From Phoronis australis (taxonomy: Eukaryota; Animalia; Phoronida), in contig NMRA01001028.1 of assembly GCA_002633005.1 (NCBI GenBank), positions 30,513 through 68,268 of the forward strand: a DNA stretch of 37,756 nucleotides, given 5' to 3'. Both the position numbers and the translations under genes were made by a program. Below are positions 12,901 through 21,900 of this stretch, one piece after another (the stretch's first letter is position 1; the number at the start of each line of letters is the position of its first letter). The notes beneath the pieces were generated by a model that saw only the letters and a program-made list of their open reading frames with translations, did not search any database and was not told the origin of the DNA.

Positions 12901-15900
12901 AGTTTAATATAATGTCAAAAAATGCGAGACCTTCGACTCCTTCTTTTTTGCCTACAAAAAAACACAAGACATGCAGTTAGGACGTACATATCAGCAAACA
13001 CTACTAAAACACAACATTTCATAGCACTAACGCATGGAACACATACTGTGGAATTATGTTTTAATATTAACTACCGGTAGTTGTTCAATAAATGTTGCAA
13101 ATGCAGTTTTCGATAGAACAAATTGATGAGAATAATTTTCTTTTCATTTCACATTTAAACTAATAAGCTGATGACCAAAAAGTGCTAATGCAAAAAGTAT
13201 ATTTATATTAGTTTATGTTTAATTGATTATAGTTTTAATTAATTAATTAATGACATGAAACCAATCATTATGCTAAGATTCAAATCTAGTATATGCTGTT
13301 TACTTCTCTGCCTCATAGAGGTCTCTGATCACTTGAGTGTGAGAGAGGGAATGAAAGTGGTGGCAGTGAGGATGCTCATGGAAAGCCGTGCTCAACAAAG
13401 AAAACATCTTTTAAATAAAAAACAAACATAAAGTGCGTGTAAATATAACCACAGACCAGAGCCATGAGCTGAGCTGAATGATTCAAGTGAACAATATTTG
13501 AGCAGACAGCTAACAAGGCTTGAAAACACAGCAAATTGAGCTCCCGACAAATGTTCTCATTTTCACATGGAGCTTATAGCTCTCCCTTTGCAGTGGTCTT
13601 GGGAAACTTTACTTCAGTACAAACTGACAACAAATGTCCCTGACTAAAGGTTACCAAGCCAGACTAAGAGCTGACAATTAAAACACCATTAACCAATAAA
13701 CCCTTACTAACAGGTTACATTCCAAGGCCATGCCTACAAACACTGCCATCTTTCGTCATAATTTTAAATTAATGAACAGTAAAAATCCAATAGAATAATG
13801 TTAGACAGTGCTAGGAAAGTAATACTTCTACATTTTAAGGGGTACAAACTGTTAACACAAAAACGCAGCTGGGTCAAACAACGCACACTAAATGTTACAG
13901 CCGGACAGGGAGATTATCCACACAGTTTTCAATTAAACTACTCTTCAAACTGCAGTTTTGCCATGATGAAGAATCATGAGCATTCTTGAGATCCGCAGAG
14001 ACAGGCGTCCACATGAGCAGAAAGAAAAAAACAAATTGTGAGCAAAAAACACAAACACACAAATGCATGCGGAAAGAGACAACTTAGGACAAAGGTAAAA
14101 ATGGTTGGTTAATATTGGCATGCATGGAAATTGAGAACAGAATGGCAATTCTGGTGTTAATTCGTACAAACTTGAACAAATCTTCGCATTATAGACTTAC
14201 AAAATTTAAGGTTAATGTAGAACCTCACTGACATGAGTGCCTATATATTTTCAGAAAGAAGAAATCTTGTACAATTTGATATTTTGATGTATTACACTAA
14301 CCTCTATTACATGAGTCATGTCATCAAACGACCGCATCAATAACATAGTCAATTTTAATTCGATGTAAATGTCCAAGATGATATCTCCAAAATGCTGTTG
14401 CCGTTTTGTAAAATGCCATTTTGTTTTTGCTTTATGTAACTTTTTATGAAAATCACCAAGATTACAAATTTTGATAGCCCCTCATGCAAGAGTGGGGACA
14501 TTCTAAAATAATGGGTAATGGCCTTTTCCGAGTACAGTGTACAAAGCATAGCGTAAGGAAATTTCATATGAACCAAATCAGCCATTTCTGAGATACGATG
14601 CCCAAAAGATTTCCAAATTTTTTCGGAGACATTTCCAATTAGAAAAGTGCACAAATTAACAGCAGAATTAAAGTGACCCTAAGCAGATGGTCTGATTGAG
14701 GTCAAATTATTACTAATGTTCAACTGGTCAGCATAAACACACAACATCAATTATAAGGCAAAAGGTAAGCTCTCTTCACTGGTACCTTGTTCTTTCCAGG
14801 GCTTAACAGCTGACAAGAGACAAACAGCCAAAACGTAAAATGTGCCAAGAGTACAAAACAAAACACAATAACGTTGTCAAGAGATTCAAGTTCTACAAAA
14901 CCAATGATTTGGTCCTTAAACATGCACACTAGGCCATCACTGGCACTGCCAACGCTTTTTAAAACTGCATTCCTCATTTGTAATTAAATTTTGAGAATGT
15001 TTACGAGAGAGAATAGTTTTGGACGAGATGCATATCATGAATGTTTTTAAATTATAAGGTACACTTAGACAAGTACTGACCAGGCAGTACCCGAGATTTC
15101 AGGTGAAAAAACAGGAGGTACAACTGGCTGTAATACATAGCTCTGCTCTGGTACATACCTCACCCGACAATTACAACTCAGATGAAAATCAGAATTCTAT
15201 TGAAATTGGGCGAGTTAAACATCCACAGTGGGCATTATAAAGGCTATTGTTTTAATTGAATTCCACATGAAAATGGAACGCAGAAATTTCGACAAAAAAC
15301 ATGAATGAACTGGAGAAGATGGTTTTCATTTAAAATATGGTAGCAAAGCTGCCATTCAGTCATCTGTCAACTATTAATAGTTACCTCCCATCATATTAAG
15401 GATTTAACTAAAACATGAATGGGCATTCGGCAGTATCCGAATTGCCAATCGGCACATTTGGCAGCGAGTGGACAAGTCACTAAAAGGTGCATTTGGTATG
15501 GCAGGGAAAAATAAATGACATTCTTTCCTCAATAACAAGTTATTACAGTTTTTACTTCACTTTTCCACCTAAATTCATTCACTGTTCATTTATTTCACAC
15601 AAATTTTAAATCAATCCAGAATTGCATCAATTCTTCACTTCATTCTCAAAAACAATTTCCAAAGTTGTTATTTTTTCTATTTATCATCAGCTAATTATTT
15701 TGCTATAAATAATGGGAACTTAATAACCAAACCTTGTTCTATGGCATTTAGATGGTTATTTGCGCAGGCAGTTAATAGATGAGGGCTGGTTATTACCATC
15801 CTCAAATGCATGAGATGAAACTTCTTCAATATCACCAAGGCAACAAGAAACAAAGCCAGAATTACTCTGGTCTGGTCTGATAAATTAATGTCTCCAATTT

Positions 15901-18900
15901 TCAAGATAGTATTTTACACCCAAGGACAACATTTAATGGCATGTTTAAAGCTAGTAATTCCTACAGCAACATGTCAATCTAAACATTAATGGGTGCAATA
16001 CCAGGCTATAGTATTCTGCAACATCTCACACTCCAATACAAGCAGATGTCCCAATAACACTCACAAGGCTGCTGCTATCTGTCATGCAAATTAACCAATC
16101 AAATATAACAAATCTGGTATGCTGCGGAGGAGTGACACGTGTGAATGTATAAATCTGACAAGGTAGAATTAGACTAAAAATATTATTTGGGAAAGTGAAT
16201 AGCTGAAATGAAAATGTCTTCTGATCAGAATACTTGGTGTCTGGCAACCAGTCTAAAAAGAGACCAGACTGAATTGTACTTTGCCATCCTCACCAGCCAA
16301 TCAACACTGTATGACAAGTGTGTATTCACAGTTATGACAGAAACTTGATGGCTGAATGACAGCGAACACAATACCTAAGTGCATTGTCCACTCGCACGAG
16401 CTTGCATGTTACCAAAATCAAATTAAAATCTAGGGAGCCAATGCGTTGTCAATTAAATGGGAAAATGACTCTAATAACCAAAATAACCGCCACCAGGGTT
16501 AAAGCAGTTATCGAAATAAACTGGACAACATTGGAATTCAACGAAGTTTCAGCACACAGATTTACAACCAAATATACATTTATTTGATTAAACTAGAATC
16601 AACATTGGTTAAATCTTGATAAAAACTCGACAAGTGTTGTTCCATCTACCACGTTAAGATCATGACAACTTGCTGCGCAAAAAATAAATCAATAGCAGTG
16701 GAGGGCAATAATGTCACATTAATTCAAGGACAAAAGTTTGACAAAAGGGTTACCTCATTGTGACAAAAATCAACCAAAATGCCCAGGAATTTTGGAAAGA
16801 CGTTTGTCCAACTTAGGAAGAGAGTATGACAGAGTTCTATTGAAGTCTGTCATTTACATAGTATATTTCTAAACCACAGTTCAGCAGCAGGAATGCCAAG
16901 CATCACAAATATTACCAAGTCAAGGAAAACACAGACAGACATACAGACAAACAAACAAACTGATGACAGGCATGGACACTTGACAACAATATGCAATCAT
17001 ATACACACGAGCGCACACCTCACCAATATAATGTGGCAAAAATTGATTCATCGCCCAGCAAGATATCGATCGCATCCTGGTGAGACTATTGCTGCTTTTT
17101 ATTGGACAACTACATAAGAAAGACAAGCGGCCATGTTTAGAACTTACTTCCTCCTTTTCCTCCTGAGTTTTGGGAATGAGGCTACAAGTGAGCAGAAGAT
17201 ATCCCATGTACTCACTGCTGCCTTTATCTGATAGTTCTAACTTGATGTCTTTTGGTCTACAACAGCACATGATGTTATTCATCATTAAAACCACACATTA
17301 GTTTGTTTTTCCTTCTATAACAATTTGATTGCGATAAAGATCTCTGATGTAGTCCCAGAGGACAGAAAAGTCATTAGATGGCATTTGAGTAGTCAACAGA
17401 TCTAACTTTGAGGTTATATAACTATAACAGACAGCAAAGATTAGGTAGTCTCGTGTTCTTATTTCAGGTTTGACAACTAATAGGTTAAGATGATTGAAAA
17501 TAAAGACAATGCAATTTGAAAAAAACATGATAAGTACATAATAACAGATCATTGATGACAAGTTTGAAGATGAATTTAAATAAGTGGCCAAAGTTTTGCA
17601 CGAAGAGATTTTGACAATGTAATTTGTATTTTCAGTCTAACTGGAACGTAAACAAAAAACAATTAGTACTGCCAATTAACCTACACTTCTAAGGTGAAAT
17701 CCATTAGATTAATCTCCGCTGAGCCCATGGGGTCGTCATGGAAACCACGGTCATAATCAAACACCTTCACATTCAGGGTCTTAAAGGCGTCATCAACAGG
17801 AAGGGTGAATTTCTCGTCCCACTTGGGGTTGAGGGTTTTGAACAATGTCTGGCTTTTGTACAACTGCTTTCCGCCACTCTTAAACTTGACATAGGGGTCG
17901 CTGGTACCTGTGGAAGAAAGAAAGGAGTGCGCGTTAGTATGATGGTTATTTGTACAGGTGGTTGCTGCAACTTCAAAACACATACATTGAACGAAGTATT
18001 AGCAAAGACACATCAAATGTAGGATGAGAGGGCCCTCTTGTTCCCAGAATTGGGCAAAAACAAGGAAAAGACAGGTTCAAAGCTTGGCATATCATTAGAC
18101 AACTCCCCAAATGCAATTTGGCCAAATTCTGAGGTCACAAAACCAGATCTTTCAGCTCACCATAACAAAAAACATGCCTGAGCGCATAAGTCCTGGCCCC
18201 CCTACACATGATGTATAGTTGGCAACGGGCAGAAATGAAAAACAAGATATTTGAATAAATGAAAAACAGGGCAAATGTTTACCACAATGCCACCCATTAT
18301 TAATCTTTTTAGATTTTTTAGTGCAACAGAAAACTAGGAGTATATCGTGCGCTTCAATAATGACCCATATCTACCATGGAGCCCGATATTCCGTGTAGGC
18401 TTATTTCCTCCGCCTCTCAGATCCTCACGGCACATTGTGAAAGTTTGAGTGGTTAACGATTCTTTCTGTTTTCTATTAAAAATTTCCAACTCCTGCCAAC
18501 CTGTAGTAGTCTCACGGTGTTCGGAAATGTGTGTGGTGACTTCATGGGACACTTGGGTTATTAACCAGGTCGCCAAGCAAAATCTTAGGTCGCAACGACA
18601 ACCAATGCCCGGACATCAGAAAGAAAGTCAAGCAAGTTTCAAATCTCACTTCTATACATTAAAACAATGAGTGGTATGAGACGTCCATTCAATGAAATGA
18701 ACAAAATAGGTTCAAAATAAATGCGTAATCCGTACATTGCTTAATGTTTAATATTTCATACAACGTAACAATCAATATTTTGTGTTTGAGATTATTCAGA
18801 TACTATACTATACAAGCCAGACTCATTGACCGAGTATCAGTCTTAGTCATTTAGTACCGTAATATCATCTAGTTCACTGTGAACTTAGAGCTATTAGTTA

Positions 18901-21900
18901 GAGCTTGACACTTTTCACCATAAAGGCAATTAGCTCATATCAGAATAAACTACTCATCACCAAAAACACTGCTAATTGAAAATATCTGGTTCATTGTCTG
19001 CCTGTCACTGGCACAGTTTAACTTTAATTTATGTCATGGCATGAGTTGAGAGGAGACTGAACCATTGTAAAATGCATTATTGGTAAGTCCCAAATGAAAA
19101 CTAAGGTCCGCCATAGCAATCAAACGTCTGCACCATTTTAGTGCAGTCAAAATATGTTTACCATTTGCAGATCCTCAATTATCAATAGCATCTTGAATTA
19201 TGCTTATTTTATATCTTGGATCATCTAGTGAGGAGATTATTGGAAATAAGATAATGAAATTCAAATAAAGTCAAGACCTGTCCAAGAAGGTTAAGAAGCT
19301 GATTCTGGTCTGTACTCCTAACCATTTTCAGAGAATGTGCTCATTCATGACTCGCATTGGTTTCATCCAAGCTCGCGTTCTCTTGAAAAGCAACACAAAG
19401 GCCCATATGCGTGTTAGGGTACGCATGGCTTGAAACACCATACTTGCTAAACAATGCAGAATTATCCCTAAATCATACACCTGACACTACTCCAAGACCA
19501 CAGTCAACTTGTTTTAGTAGCCAGACGGCAATAGTCTGTTTAAAAGTGACCGTTGTCATAGCAAAATGCGCTTGCCATTGAGTCCTAACTGGCGACACGA
19601 TGGCATTCTACAACTGAGCAGTTTCTACAATGCCATTGTTTTGAGACGACGTCTACCAGTGTTCAGCCATGGAATTTCATTGTTTGCCGCAACAAGTTGA
19701 CAAAAAAGAATCCATCTCTTGTCACAGTTTTGACCTCGTTTACCCTGGTCCAAAGTTGCTGAAAAGCATGGCAAATTCACGTAAAACTGCGCGAATCGCC
19801 CATTATCTCCCCACATCGCATTACATAGATCCACTTTTCAAACAGCAGCAAAACTTTGATACGTGATCATGCCTCTGATTACAAAGTTGGAGCTCAAAAA
19901 TGATGGCAACATGTTCAGGACTGTGACGACATTGCCGACGCCATTAGAGAAAAAACTCAGACTTCATTAACTCGAGTGCCATCAGCCCAATCCCATCAAA
20001 ACTGCATAGATTTAAGTAAAAACCACAAAAATCCCATAAAGTATAATTTTTGCTCGTTTCAGGTGGATTTTCTTCTTTTTTAAAAGTGAGCAAATTAAAA
20101 AAAAATGCAACACTGACTGGATTAAAACCACAGACCAGAACCATGCGACTATACCATGTCAAGGATTGGCTTACTCGTATCTCAAAATCCAACTGCTCTT
20201 GCTGGTTTGGTAATTAGTCCAATTGTGTTGTACAAACAGCAGAATTAATGAGAAGCAGAATACCGGCCACTTGTTCAGAAGTTCAAGATAGTTAAAGTCA
20301 CATTTCCTGTCTGATTTTCAAAATTCAAAAACCTAATGTGTGCACTTTCACAAATTATTCGAAACAAAAACTTGAAAAATACCATTGTTGCTCCCAGGAG
20401 TGTGTCAATGATTCCAATTATGTGGAGAATGATGATATCAGCAGTTTGTGGAGTCTAAAGGCAATGAAACTGCCTACAACAACTACAAGTGCCTGCCCCG
20501 GTCGCTAGCTCTACATGTTGATGTAAGTTTCATGACGAAGTGACGAGCAGAACTTCCCGGGCTGTGGGAAATTTCGGGGTCTAACGGAGCTCAACACGCA
20601 GTGCTACCAGCACTGTATTTTGATGAGAGTCTTTCCACAGCTAGCTGACCGGTTATGAAATAACCGCAGTACACACAAAGTCATTGATAACTACATTTTG
20701 TCCGGCGGTCATGTTCAGTCTCGAGCAGTCCTGTTTTATGGTGGAACGGTCATGTTTTTAGTTGCGTCGGTCTCATTGTCTGGTGCAGCTGTCCCATTAG
20801 ATCCTCTTTGGTCCTGTGAGTCGGTCTGATTTGGAAAACTGGCGGTCATGTTTTGGGTCCAGCAGTAATGTTGTTTCTCATTGCCAGTGGTTCACCCCAA
20901 TTGTCCAAAAGTACCATACCACAAAAATGCCTAGAGGGGTGCTAGGGTGACAGACTGACCTACCATTGCTATCTCTTGCTACCAGGTCTACTCCCTCCTT
21001 CAAATGAACGTCAAGCTCAAAAAATGGATGATGGCGTAAGGCGCTCATGTGTTCCTGTGGTGAGACGGGCTCCTGTGGAAGGAAAACAAACATAGCCGTT
21101 AATGAGAGCATCAATCAGGGGAGGTAATATCGATCGATATCAGTACTGTACGATGAAAACCATCCTGTGCTGGGACTCTCACCGGTCGAGTTTGGCAACT
21201 CAACTGGTTTCTTACCTTAAAACCTTCAAAAAACACCCACCTTCAGCTGGTTCTTCTCTGGAAATCGCCTTGGAAACCAGGCGTGAAATTGTATTCTTAA
21301 ATTTCATTTTGAAAGTTTTGAACAGCTTAAGTCCCGTCCACACACGGTTTACCCTACAACAGCTTGCACTTAGTGTAACTTACACCACTTTTAAGTGAAG
21401 CGACCACACACACACACATATCCAATATACTTACAGGTAAGGGGGAAACTATCACCCTGTGAACAGCACTGAACACGTAATTTGCAAGTACAGTGGAGAA
21501 AAGAAACCCTCTGTGTGTAACCACAGCAGATAATTACTTCCAATGTTTGCAGTCACACAGGAATAAGCAGCGGTGCAAGTTACTCTAACACAAGTAAGCA
21601 GAGTAAGTGGTCACAAACAGGGTAAGTTGCACCGTTGAAATATCATCTATACAGCCTCCCAAACCTAACGAGGACTCATTTCAGGAATAACTTGTTCTGG
21701 GGTAAGTCTGTGTGTGGATGGCACTAAAGTTACATACAAACGTGAAATGTACACATGGTTAGGTTTTGCATGTTCAAAATGGGACCAGGGATGTAGAAAG
21801 TAGGACACAGCCAGTAATTTCCGTTTCATTAAATCTGCTGGGGAGGCAACATAATGAGCCAATTACAAAGGCTGATAAACCATCACTTGGAAATCGAGAA

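Noticed and set aside
13940-14070. Long U-rich tract on the minus strand suggesting another alternative exon
   Set aside because: The first AG is far from the tract, the nearest donors give 34 or 43 nt (frameshifting), and the read-through frame hits a stop.
14205-14680. Possible TTAA-flanked (Kolobok/piggyBac-like) element
   Set aside because: The internal sequence looks repeat-like, but I could not find a convincing pair of terminal inverted repeats.
17738-18022. Antisense ORF overlapping the C2A exon
   Set aside because: Shadow frame of the real minus-strand exon.
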